Source: Bacteroidota bacterium (GTDB lineage Bacteria; Bacteroidota; Ignavibacteria; UBA10030; UBA8401). From it: a stretch of 64,000 bases of DNA. Location of the stretch: NCBI GenBank assembly GCA_005792285.1, contig SXSI01000047.1, positions 18,497-82,496 of the forward strand, written 5' to 3'. The notes beneath the pieces were generated by a model. It was not told the origin of the DNA. It saw nothing but the letters and a program-made list of their open reading frames with translations, and did no database searches. Both the position numbers and the translations under genes were made by a program. Below, one piece after another: positions 40,217 to 50,700 of this stretch (positions are counted from its first letter, which is position 1; each line of letters begins with the position of its first letter).

Positions 40217-42496
40217 TTACTTCATCAAGATCATTTTCCTAATTTCACTTTGTCCGTTTGATTGAAGTTTGTCTGAATGGATTGCTAAGCGATAATAATA
40301 AACTCCACTTGCCAAGTTGCTCGCATTAAAATGTGCAGTGTGAAATCCAGATTCTACTTCTCCATTAACTAAAGTTGCAATTTCTTTTCCTAATACATCG
40401 TAAATTTTTAATGTTACTTTACTGCTAATTGGCAATTGATAATTTATTATCGTTTCGTTGTTAAAAGGATTAGGATAATTTTGTTCTAAACTAAAACTAT
40501 TAATTATCAAATTATCTTTTTTAACTGAAACTGTTTTTTGCATCGCCGCCAATACATCAACTTTCCCAGCTCCCCATTGATTATTCCAAGTTGTGCCAGT
40601 ATAAGAATCTGTTCGAGCAGTAGTTTTTAATAACGTTTTAATTTGGTCGTTTGTTAAAGCTGGCTTGGCTTGTAACATCAAAGCAACAGCTCCGGCAATT
40701 TGTGGAGCAGCCATACTTGTTCCTTGTTCAATTACATGTTTACCACCAGTTACAATGTATGGTGCTTCAGGATTAAAATCTTTAGATTTTGAAGCTGCAA
40801 TTGCTTGTCCGGGAGCAGAAATATCGGGCTTTTGTCCACCAGTTCTTGTTGGTCCGGGACTTGAAAATGTTGCATAATTATTTACTCGTGTTGCTCCATT
40901 ATAATTATAACTACTTCCGTTGCTCGAAGTCCATGACCATTTTGTTACATAAGCTCCAACTGTAATTCCTTTTGTTGAAGTTCCTGGCATTCCAACTAAT
41001 TTTCTACGTTGCGAACCTTTTGTAAATTCAACCCACATATCAGCATTATTTCCGAAATCAGAAATCCAAGCGTCGTAAGTTGCATTTGCAGTTGAACCAC
41101 TTGTTAATGAGAAAGTCAATTTCCAAACTCCTGCTTTTGGGGGTTTACTTGCATCAGAATCAATTACTTCAATCCAACATTCTTTTGTATCGTTAATTGG
41201 ATTTGGACCACCAGCAGCATTTGAAATTTTTACGTACCCTTCACTTCCAGTAGTTTGTGTTACAGTTTGTAATCCATGGTTCGCTGTTACTAATTGTCCC
41301 ATTGGAGTTGTTAATGAAATATTAATTGAAAATTGTTTTGGATACCAAATTGAGAAAACAAAATAATCGTTATTAATTCCTGCTTCAGGAGTGTAAGTAT
41401 CAACTGTAAATTCAGTTTCAATTGGTGAACTAACAATTGTGCTGTCGTGATGGATATAATCTTCACCTTCATTCCCGGCGGCAATAATAATTGCTCTTCC
41501 GGCTTTTGCAAGTTCATCATCAATTTTTTTCTCTTCTGCAACTGTTCCATCATGCGGACCATCATGTCCACCTAAACTTAAATTAATTACAAATGGTTTT
41601 CCGGCAGCTTCAGCTTTTTGGCGAATATAAGTTATCGCGTCAATCATTCTGCTTGATGAAAATCCACCGGTATTATTATTTCCATTTACAATAATTAAAT
41701 CTGCAAGTGGCGCAACTCCAATATATTTTGTAGTTGCATAAGATGAACCATTTCCCGCAGCAGAACTTGCAACGTGTGTTCCATGTCCATCTGTATCAAT
41801 TTGCTTTACAAGATTTGTAGGAGTTCCATCAAGTTCATCATTAATTTGTACTTGAGTATATTCTGAACCATAACTAAATCCAGCTGGTTTTGTGCCAGTC
41901 GAAATTCCTTGATCCCAAATACTTATAATTCTTGTTTTGGTTGGATCGGACTCAGATCTAAAATCAAGATGTTGCCAATCAATTCCCGTATCAAAAACCC
42001 CAACAATTATTCCTGTTCCTTTGTATTGCGTTCCATTTACTTGTCCCGAATGAACAAGATTTGCTTTAATCTCAGCTAAACTTGTGTTGAGTTTCTTTTT
42101 ATATCTTCGTGGAGGTTCAATAAATTTTGTTGAAGAAAGTTGGCTTACTTGTGAAATTTCAGAAAGTGAAAGATGCGCGGTATAAAATGTTTTTTCAATT
42201 GTATTAATCGAAGAACTTTTTATTCCATTTATAAGTGCATCTTTAACACCATCATCCAAATTTGTATAAACAATAACTTCATAAATATTTTCGCCATTTG
42301 GATTTCTACCAATCGCTTGTATTCTGGAATGTTTTGGTTGATTTGATTCTTGGGAAGTTCTGACTACATCCTCTATAAATAGTACAAACCGACTATCTAC
42401 TTTAGATTTATTATATTTTGAAATTTCCTTTTGTGAAGTTACTACATTGTTAAAGATACATATTATGAGCATAAAGCTTTGTAAAATTTTATTCAT
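40217..42496 (-). CDS. Secreted S8-family subtilisin-like serine peptidase with a T9SS C-terminal sorting domain.
   Basis: Catalytic triad motifs are GIIVGVFDTGID (Asp), HGTHVASSAAG (His) and GTSMAAPQIAGAVALM (Ser). The C-terminal domain NYPNPFNNETIINYQL...KIYDVLGKEIATL...SGVYYYRL is a T9SS sorting domain. Confidence 0.85.
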   Translation of the reverse strand: MNKILQSFMLIICIFNNVVTSQKEISKYNKSKVDSRFVLFIEDVVRTSQESNQPKHSRIQAIGRNPNGENIYEVIVYTNLDDGVKDALINGIKSSSINTIEKTFYTAHLSLSEISQVSQLSSTKFIEPPRRYKKKLNTSLAEIKANLVHSGQVNGTQYKGTGIIVGVFDTGIDWQHLDFRSESDPTKTRIISIWDQGISTGTKPAGFSYGSEYTQVQINDELDGTPTNLVKQIDTDGHGTHVASSAAGNGSSYATTKYIGVAPLADLIIVNGNNNTGGFSSSRMIDAITYIRQKAEAAGKPFVINLSLGGHDGPHDGTVAEEKKIDDELAKAGRAIIIAAGNEGEDYIHHDSTIVSSPIETEFTVDTYTPEAGINNDYFVFSIWYPKQFSINISLTTPMGQLVTANHGLQTVTQTTGSEGYVKISNAAGGPNPINDTKECWIEVIDSDASKPPKAGVWKLTFSLTSGSTANATYDAWISDFGNNADMWVEFTKGSQRRKLVGMPGTSTKGITVGAYVTKWSWTSSNGSSYNYNGATRVNNYATFSSPGPTRTGGQKPDISAPGQAIAASKSKDFNPEAPYIVTGGKHVIEQGTSMAAPQIAGAVALMLQAKPALTNDQIKTLLKTTARTDSYTGTTWNNQWGAGKVDVLAAMQKTVSVKKDNLIINSFSLEQNYPNPFNNETIINYQLPISSKVTLKIYDVLGKEIATLVNGEVESGFHTAHFNASNLASGVYYYRLAIHSDKLQSNGQSEIRKMILMK

Positions 42497-42526
42497 ACAA
42501 ACTCCTTTATAAAATTATTTTAAATA

Positions 42527-42838
42527 CTATAATCTATTAGTTGGGTATCGTCTCTTACTTAAATCAATATATGTTATTTTATTCGATTTACACAAATCCA
42601 TGATATTCTCTTTTGTTAATCTCCCCGTTGCTACAGATGAAGAAATATCATCTAAAAATGGATTTTCAATTCGCAATGAAGTTGAATCGGAAAGATAAAT
42701 TACAACGTTAAAAATAGTTTCATTCGAAGTATTTATTTCATCAACTAGCTGCGGAGAAATTTTTGTGCCACAAAGTTTTTCTAATGAAGCTGAACAACCC
42801 ACTAATAAAAATAATATTATGAAAATTAATTTATGCAC
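42527..42838 (-). CDS. Small hypothetical lipoprotein with a proposed GTG start (MHKLIFIILFLLVGCSAS...), 2 nt after the secA stop.
   Basis: The ATG-start ORF in the track (to 42904) overlaps the conserved secA C-terminus by 74 nt. The in-frame GTG at 42836-42838 gives a textbook signal peptide and lipobox with no overlap. Confidence 0.5.
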   Translation of the reverse strand: MHKLIFIILFLLVGCSASLEKLCGTKISPQLVDEINTSNETIFNVVIYLSDSTSLRIENPFLDDISSSVATGRLTKENIMDLCKSNKITYIDLSKRRYPTNRL

Positions 42839-45800
42839 CGTGGCAATTTTTATATTTTTTACCACTACCACAAGGGCAAACATCATTTCTACCAACTTTA
42901 TCATCAGCTACTATTTGCTGAACTTTCGGTTTTTTCTGAACATTTGTTTCTTCCCCTTCATCATTTTGCCTAGATAATCCAAAACCAACTGATTCTTCAT
43001 GAGTTAATCTTAATCTATCGGCTTTTACAGTTTTACGAATTCTTTGTAATCTTTCCTGCTCCTGAGTATTTGGATATAAACGATAAACAAGTTGTACAGT
43101 TTCTCTTGTGAGCATATCTATCATTTCGGCAAACATTCCAAATGCTTCAGATTTATATTCGAGAAGTGGATCTTTTTGTCCGTAAGCTCGAAGATGAATT
43201 CCTTCTTTTAAATCATCAAGTTCACGCAAATGTTCTTTCCATCTAAGATCGAGAACTTGTAAATATGCAAGTCGTTCCAAAGCACGCATTGCTTCCGATG
43301 AAATATCATTTTCCTTTTGTTCGTAAAACTTTAATGCATTATCAAATATTTGTTTTATTAAACCATCTTTTCCTAAAGATTCAATCGTGTTTGTATCAAT
43401 TTTATTTTCAAAAAGAAGTGAAGATTTAATTTCATCTTCGATAATTTGAAACTCACCTTCATCATATCTTTGATTAACTACAGTTGAAATAAAATCTTCA
43501 ACCATATTTATAAGTTCATCTTTCAGATTTTCTCCGAGTAGCGCAACTCGGCGGCGAGAATAAATAACTTCTCTTTGCTGATTCATTACGTTATCGTATT
43601 CCAAAAGACGTTTTCGAATTCCAAAATTATTTTCTTCAACTTTCTTTTGAGCTCGCTCAATTGATTTTGTAATTAAACCATGTTGAATAACTTCTCCCTC
43701 TTTCAAACCGAGTCGTTCCATAATGGAAGCAATTCTGTCGCTTCCAAATAATCTCATTAAGTCATCTTCAAGAGAAAGAAAAAATTGCGTTGAACCAGGA
43801 TCTCCTTGTCGCGCTGAACGTCCTCTTAATTGTCTGTCGATTCTTCTTGCTTCATGTCTTTCAGTTCCAACAATATGCAATCCTCCGGATTTTTGAACTC
43901 CGGGACCAAGTTTAATATCAGTACCGCGACCAGCCATATTTGTTGCAATTGTAACTGCACTTGAAAGTCCAGCAAGTGAAATTATTTCTGCTTCACGTTG
44001 ATGTTGTTTTGCGTTCAACACATTATGCGGAATATTTTTTCTTTTCAACATTCTGCTAATTGTTTCGGAAACTTCAACTGAAGTTGTTCCAACTAAGACC
44101 GGTCTTTGATTTTTAACTTTTTCTTCAATTTCAGAAATAACTGCATTATATTTTTCACGTCTCGTTTTAAATACTTGATCTTCAGTGTCAACTCTAATCG
44201 CATTTTTATTTGTTGGAATTACAACTACATCGAGTTTATAAATATCATAAAACTCACCAGCTTCAGTTTCAGCAGTTCCCGTCATACCTGCAAGTTTTGA
44301 ATAAAGCCGAAAATAATTTTGTAAAGTTATTGTTGCCAAAGTTTGAGTATCACGTTCAACTTTTACTCCTTCCTTTGCTTCGATTGCCTGATGTAAACCA
44401 TCGGAATATCTTCTTCCATGCATCAACCTTCCGGTAAATTCATCAACAATCATAACTTTGCCATCGTCAGTTACAACATATTCGTCATCTTTTTCGTATA
44501 AAGAATATGCTTTTAATAATTGATGAATTGTGTGAATACGATCGCTACGTTCCGCATATAAACGATGCATATCTTTTTTCTTTTGATCTATTTGTTCTAA
44601 AGTTAAATTTTGATTTTCAAGTTGACTTAATTCACCGGCAATATCGGGAAGTACGAAAAATTCTGTATCAGAATTTCCTGCTAATAAAGTTCTTCCTTTT
44701 TCAGTTAAATCTACAATGTGACTTTTTTCATCTATTGAATAATATAGTTCATCGATAATTTCATTCATTCGTTTATTTTGTTCGGCAATATAAATTGCTT
44801 CTGTTTCAAGAAACAATTTTTTATTTCCACCTTCTGAAAATAATTTAATTAATTTTTTACTTTTCGGCATTCCTCTTTGTGCACGTAAAAGTAAAATCCC
44901 AGCTTCATTATTTTTATTTTCATTCAGTAATTTTTCAGCATTAGTTAAAATTTCGGCAACAAGATTTTTTTGAGTAGATACAATTTTATTAACTCGCTCG
45001 TTCATTTCGGCAAATTTATTATCATCAACTTCAACAGGACCACTAATAATTAACGGAGTTCTAGCTTCGTCAATTAAAACAGAATCAACTTCATCAACGA
45101 TTGCATAAAAATGTTTTCGCTGAACAAGTTCTTCCGGATTCATAACCATATTATCTCGCAAATAATCAAATCCAAATTCATTATTTGTACCGTAAGTTAT
45201 GTCGCAATTATATTGCTTGCGTCGATTTATTGGATCCATTTGTTGAAGAATGCAACCAATTGTCATTCCGTGGAATTCAAATATTTTTCCCATCCAACAA
45301 CTATCTCTTTGTGCGAGATAATCGTTTACCGTTACAAGATGAACTCCTTTTCCAACTAAAGCATTTAAATAAATTGGTAAAGTTGCGACTAAAGTTTTTC
45401 CTTCTCCAGTTGCCATTTCAGAAATTTTACCATTGTGAAGTACAACTCCTCCCATTAATTGAACGTCGTACGGAACCATATCCCATTTTAGTGGTTGACC
45501 CATTACATCAAAAGTTTGTCCACATAAACGGCGACAAGTTTCCTTTACAACTGCGAATGCTTGTGGAAGAATTTCTTTTAGATTTTCATTAGTGATATTT
45601 TTTATCTCATCTTCGGAATTACTAATCTTTTCGTGAAGTTGAACTCGTTCTTCATTAGAAATTTCTTTTTGTAAAGTATTTTTTGCTTCTGTAATTTCAA
45701 ATAGAAGTTCAGAAATATCGTCAGCAATTTTCTTTTTGAATTCTGCTGTCTTCGATTTTAATTCTTCATCTGTTAATGCAGATAGTTTTGCAAACTCAAT

Positions 45801-45884
45801 ATTAATTTCGTCAACTATAGGATATAGATATTTAATATCCTTTGCATGTTTATCGCCAAATATTTTCTTTAAAAATCCGAGCAT
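42831..45884 (-). CDS. secA: Preprotein translocase ATPase SecA.
   Basis: A 1017-aa protein with the DEAD-like motor motifs and the C-terminal zinc-binding tail CPCGSGKKYKNCHG. Confidence 0.95.
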   Translation of the reverse strand: MLGFLKKIFGDKHAKDIKYLYPIVDEINIEFAKLSALTDEELKSKTAEFKKKIADDISELLFEITEAKNTLQKEISNEERVQLHEKISNSEDEIKNITNENLKEILPQAFAVVKETCRRLCGQTFDVMGQPLKWDMVPYDVQLMGGVVLHNGKISEMATGEGKTLVATLPIYLNALVGKGVHLVTVNDYLAQRDSCWMGKIFEFHGMTIGCILQQMDPINRRKQYNCDITYGTNNEFGFDYLRDNMVMNPEELVQRKHFYAIVDEVDSVLIDEARTPLIISGPVEVDDNKFAEMNERVNKIVSTQKNLVAEILTNAEKLLNENKNNEAGILLLRAQRGMPKSKKLIKLFSEGGNKKLFLETEAIYIAEQNKRMNEIIDELYYSIDEKSHIVDLTEKGRTLLAGNSDTEFFVLPDIAGELSQLENQNLTLEQIDQKKKDMHRLYAERSDRIHTIHQLLKAYSLYEKDDEYVVTDDGKVMIVDEFTGRLMHGRRYSDGLHQAIEAKEGVKVERDTQTLATITLQNYFRLYSKLAGMTGTAETEAGEFYDIYKLDVVVIPTNKNAIRVDTEDQVFKTRREKYNAVISEIEEKVKNQRPVLVGTTSVEVSETISRMLKRKNIPHNVLNAKQHQREAEIISLAGLSSAVTIATNMAGRGTDIKLGPGVQKSGGLHIVGTERHEARRIDRQLRGRSARQGDPGSTQFFLSLEDDLMRLFGSDRIASIMERLGLKEGEVIQHGLITKSIERAQKKVEENNFGIRKRLLEYDNVMNQQREVIYSRRRVALLGENLKDELINMVEDFISTVVNQRYDEGEFQIIEDEIKSSLLFENKIDTNTIESLGKDGLIKQIFDNALKFYEQKENDISSEAMRALERLAYLQVLDLRWKEHLRELDDLKEGIHLRAYGQKDPLLEYKSEAFGMFAEMIDMLTRETVQLVYRLYPNTQEQERLQRIRKTVKADRLRLTHEESVGFGLSRQNDEGEETNVQKKPKVQQIVADDKVGRNDVCPCGSGKKYKNCHGA

Positions 45885-46426
45885 TATTTTTTATCCCACT
45901 TATATTCTGTTTTTTTATCATGTTTATTTTGAAATCTAGCCATCACAAACAAAAGATCGGAAAGCCGATTTAAATAAATTATTATTTGATTATCTATTTT
46001 TTCCTGTTTACTTAATGATACAACAAGTCTTTCTGCACGCCTTGAAACTGTTCTGGCAAAATGAATAAATGCAGCACACTTTGAACCACCGGGTAAAATA
46101 AAATTTTGTAATTGCGGTAATTCAGAGTCGAGTGTGTCAATAAATTTTTCTAATTGTAAAATATTTTCATCTGCAATTTTATACGTTTTACTTTTTACTT
46201 CATTCGGAGTTGCAAGATCAGCACCAATTACAAAAAGTTCATTCTGAATTATTTTTAAAATATTATCTATTTTTTTTGCACATTTATTTGATCGTGCTAA
46301 TCCAATTACACTATTGAGTTCATCGACTGTTCCATAACATTCAATTCGCAAAATATCCTTACTAACTCTTTTCCCACCATAGAGCGAGGTTTCTCCTTTA
46401 TCTCCGGTTTTTGTATATATTTTCAT
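45884..46426 (-). CDS. PduO-type ATP:cob(I)alamin adenosyltransferase.
   Basis: N-terminal IYTKTGDKGETSL and a length of about 180 aa. The stop overlaps the secA start (TAATG). Confidence 0.8.
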   Translation of the reverse strand: MKIYTKTGDKGETSLYGGKRVSKDILRIECYGTVDELNSVIGLARSNKCAKKIDNILKIIQNELFVIGADLATPNEVKSKTYKIADENILQLEKFIDTLDSELPQLQNFILPGGSKCAAFIHFARTVSRRAERLVVSLSKQEKIDNQIIIYLNRLSDLLFVMARFQNKHDKKTEYKWDKK

Positions 46427-47631
46427 TTTTTGCCGATAGTTATAAAGTCAATTTTAGATAAATCACCATCAATATTTTTTGAAGGAATGAGATTATTTAT
46501 TTTACAAAGAAGTGGATAGATATCAATTGTTCTTAATATTTTTGTTTTAAAGTTTTTTTTAAATGACGGTCCGGCTGCTACAAATATTCCATGCATATCT
46601 TTTTCGGTATGTTTAAATCCATGATTACCTGGATAAAATCTTTGTAGTTCTCTTTCAGTCGGCTCATGTGTCGAGAGCATCCAGCCCAAATCTGCAACAA
46701 GCATAATTGGTGGCAATAAATTACTTTTCCCAAAATTAAATTCGGAAATCATCTCGTTTGCTTTATACGTTTTGAAATGTGATTCCTTAGATTTTAATTG
46801 ACTATAAACTTCTTCAATTTTTCCTTCTAATGGCCATACAAACATTATTGGTTCAGACCATTCAATAAAAGTTTCGGCTGAAACTAACTCATTAATTTTT
46901 ACAATTCTTTCAATTGATAATTCTGTCATTCCATGATCAGTTGTAATAATTATATTTGTTTTTGAAAGTAAATTTAATTTTTCCAAACCGGAAACAATTT
47001 TACCAATTACAGAATCTAGTTGTTGAATTGCTGAATTTAATTCTTTCGAATTTGGTCCAAATCTATGTCCTTTAGAATCTGTTGCATCAAAATACATTGC
47101 TACTATTTTTGGTCTCTCAGAAAAAGGAAGTTGCAACCAATTTAATACTCCTTCAATTCTTTTATCGTAAGGTAAATTGTGATTATACTTTTCAAAATAA
47201 TTTGGCTGTCTCTTTACATCTTTAATTTCAGAACCGGGCCAAAAATAACTTGCAGTAATTACATTTTGCTTTTTTGCATTTTCCCAAATTGATTCACCTT
47301 TATACCATTTTGGATTTGTAACTACACTTGAATCCCAAATTATATATTTAGCATTTGTAACCGGATCTCTAAATTCATTTAAAATAATTCCATGATTATC
47401 GGGATAAAGTCCTGTTACAATTGAATAGTGATTTGGAAAAGTTTTTGTAGGAAAAACTGGTTCAAGAGATTCTGCATAAACTCCATTACTTTTTAATTGA
47501 TCAATATTCGGAGTTAATCCACGATTAAGATAATCCCAACGGAAACCATCAAACGAAATTAAAATTGTGTACTGTTCGGTTTGTGAAAACGAAAGTTGAA
47601 AGAATAATAATATTGAAAGAATAATGCGCAT
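46423..47631 (-). CDS. Secreted ectonucleotide pyrophosphatase/phosphodiesterase (alkaline-phosphatase superfamily, NPP type).
   Basis: Signal peptide. The ISFDGFRWDY and TDHGMT motifs are characteristic of type I phosphodiesterase/NPP. Confidence 0.8.
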   Translation of the reverse strand: MRIILSILLFFQLSFSQTEQYTILISFDGFRWDYLNRGLTPNIDQLKSNGVYAESLEPVFPTKTFPNHYSIVTGLYPDNHGIILNEFRDPVTNAKYIIWDSSVVTNPKWYKGESIWENAKKQNVITASYFWPGSEIKDVKRQPNYFEKYNHNLPYDKRIEGVLNWLQLPFSERPKIVAMYFDATDSKGHRFGPNSKELNSAIQQLDSVIGKIVSGLEKLNLLSKTNIIITTDHGMTELSIERIVKINELVSAETFIEWSEPIMFVWPLEGKIEEVYSQLKSKESHFKTYKANEMISEFNFGKSNLLPPIMLVADLGWMLSTHEPTERELQRFYPGNHGFKHTEKDMHGIFVAAGPSFKKNFKTKILRTIDIYPLLCKINNLIPSKNIDGDLSKIDFITIGKK

Positions 47632-47675
47632 TTAGCTCAGTTTATTTTGATAAAGTACTTACAAGATAAAAAAAA

Positions 47676-47703
47676 AGCCCTACAAATCATTGTAGGGCTT
47701 TTT
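47676..47703. terminator. Bidirectional rho-independent terminator. The stem is AGCCCTACAA/TTGTAGGGCT, 10 bp, with a 4-nt loop. A T-run follows on the plus strand and an A9 run precedes it.
   Basis: It lies between the stop of the large TonB receptor at 47720 and the start of the NPP gene at 47631. Confidence 0.7.
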
Positions 47704-47719
47704 AATTAAAAACTGGAAA

Positions 47720-50700
47720 TTAGAATGTATATCTCATTCCAAGTTGTGCTTGCCATCTCGAACCTAAATCTGATGGTGAGTATGGATCTTCACTTGGACT
47801 TGCGTTTTTCAAACCTCTCCAAATGTAAGTTGATTTATTTGTTGTTGCGTTGAAAGAACCAAAAGTAAACAAATATGAACTTTGATTTGGAACTTGTTTG
47901 ACCCAACCATTTTGATCATTTAAGAAGTTCAATACGTTCATCAAATTAAAATATAAATCAAGTTTACCACCAATTGCTGGAACTGGTAAAGATTGATTTA
48001 CATTTAAATCTAACATATTGTACCATGGTTCGCGTGCTGCATTTCTTTCAGCAAACATTCCTTTTCGTGATTTTAAATATTCATCTGCATCAATAAATGA
48101 CATCATTGCTGCATAAGAAGCATCTGTCGTTGGTAATACTGCGCCAGATGCAGTTGCAACCAATGAAATATCATTTATATCTTTTGGAATGTAAGCAAGA
48201 TCATTATCACCTTCGCCATCACCATTTGCATCACCAGAAATAATATATGAATATCCACGACCAGATTGACCTTCATAAAATAAACTAACTTGAGTAGACA
48301 TATCTTGAGCCCATTCGTAAGAATACGCAAGTGAACCAAAGATTCTGTGTGTTCTATCCCATGAAGAAATTGCTTCAACAGGTGAGTTTGCATCGTTTAC
48401 AATTGGATTATATCTCCACTGTGAACGAGCTGTAGATGATGCACCACTATTTAAATCTTTTGATTCACCCCAAGTATAACCACCGGTGAAATCAATTTTG
48501 TCTTCTGCACCACTTCGATTTAACATAAAGGATAAATTAGTTTGTGAACCTTTATCTGTGTTGTACAAATATATAACTCTTGTAAATTTAGAATTTAATT
48601 TACCAGATGAATTATTATATCTGTATCTACTTTCTGCTGTAACTGTATCAACAATTTTCATGACACCATTTGCAGAATTTAAATTAATATTTGCATAGGC
48701 AATTTCGTTAATTGCTTTTGTTAAAACTCCTTCAACAGATGCAACTAAATTAAATGGTAACTTCTGATCTACTGCAAGACTGAATCTGCTAACTGAAGGA
48801 TTTTTGAAATCAGATGCTGTAATGTCAATTTCGTAGGTTGTTCCTGCGGTTAAACCTGCAGTACCAGGTCCCGGTTGATTCAATGGATCAGTTACAAATG
48901 TAGATGGTTTTCCTGATAGAGCAGCATATTCAACTCCAGTATTTCCATATTGATTTGAGAGCCAAACGTAAGGAACACGACCAGAAAACACACCGTAACC
49001 TCCTCTTATTTGCGTTGAACGATCACCAGTTACATCGTAATTAAATCCAATCCGTGGTGATATATTTGGATAACTTTCTGGAACTTTATCTGTCGAAATA
49101 TTATAACCTAATAAATTAAATGTTGAATCAACTAATTTATTATATGCTGGTTTTGTAGGATAAGTGTACATATCCATTCTAATTCCAACATTTAACTTTA
49201 ATTGTGGTGATACTTGCCATTCATCTTGTAACCATCCACCATATGTAGTCGCGTCCCACAAAATTGCATATGAATTATCGCCTGTTGGATTGAGCTCTGT
49301 TTTAAGAGCATATTGATATTCATATCCATTAGTTTTAATCACACCATTTTCAAAATCTTTAATTGTACCAAATTGATACGAACCATAATTAGCAGGAATA
49401 AAAAGATTTCTAAATTGGAAACTTTCCATTCTTGCACCAAGTGAGATTGTATGATCACCCATGTAATAAGTCAAGTTATCAGAAATTTCGAGCACTTTTT
49501 GATCCAATTCGTTTCTATGTCTAAAATGTTCTGCTCCAGCAAGAATTAAATAAGCTTTACCATCAGCTGCTTTTGTATCAATTCTGACACTCGGGAAAGC
49601 CGCACCATAATACATCGGTCGATCTTCTTGAACTGTATATCCAAAAATAAACTCGTTTGCAATATTGTTTCCAAAAACACTATTTAAATTTAATGCTGTT
49701 GAGTTAGTAGAATTTTTAACTGTATAACGTTGGTTTGTGTAGAAAATATGATTTGATCCTCTTCCGAGTGATGGTGAGTTATCAAATTCTGCACCTAAAA
49801 AATTATGTCGAATGGAAAGGCGATGATCATCCGACAAGTTCCAATCGATTCTTGCAAACCATTTATCACTATTTAAGACGTTGTCCATTGTTAAATATTC
49901 TCCTGCTTCATAGCCATATTTATTTTTAAGAATATTTTTTACTTGGTCAAGACTATCTTTTGAAAGTGTGAATTGGTTTGTAGATTGAGTCGTTGCACCA
50001 AATACTCTATCTAATGGAGTTGTATTACGAGACATTTCAGCATTAGCAAAAAAGTATAATTGATCTTCGATAATTGGTCCACCAATTCTGAAACCCATCA
50101 TGTTATCTGTAAATGCAGCGTAAGGTTTTTTTAATGAATCAGTTAAGTTAACAGATTTACCGACGTTGCCTTCGTTTCTTGAATACATAAAAGCTGAACC
50201 AGTAAATTTATTGGTTCCAGATCGAGTTACTGCATTTATTCCAGATCCTGTAAAACCACCTTTACGAACATCGTATGGTGAAATTTCAATTTGAAATTGT
50301 TCGATAGCATCCAAACTAATTGGAGTTGCACGTGATTGACTACCAGGAGTTGTTCCACCCAAACCAAATATGTCATTATAGTTTGCTCCATCAATTTGAA
50401 TATTATTGTATTTCGAATTTCTACCTGCAGCACTACTACCAGACATAAAAGGTGAAAGTTTATAATAATCTTCAAAATTTCTTGTTAAAGTTGGAATTGC
50501 TTCCATCTGTTTTGTATTTACAATTGCAGCAGCACCCATTCTGTCGGCTGATAAAATTGGATTAGCTTGTCCAGTTACAACAACTTCACCAACTTCAACT
50601 GCACCTTCGGATAAAGTAAAATTTAATTTTACATTTTGTCCAAGATCGGCATAAATTCCAGGACGACTTTGTTCAGAATATCCAACCATACTTACTTTGA

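Noticed and set aside
42838-42904. ATG-start extension of the small lipoprotein ORF overlapping secA.
   Set aside because: It overlaps the conserved secA zinc-finger tail. The GTG start gives a proper lipobox without overlap.
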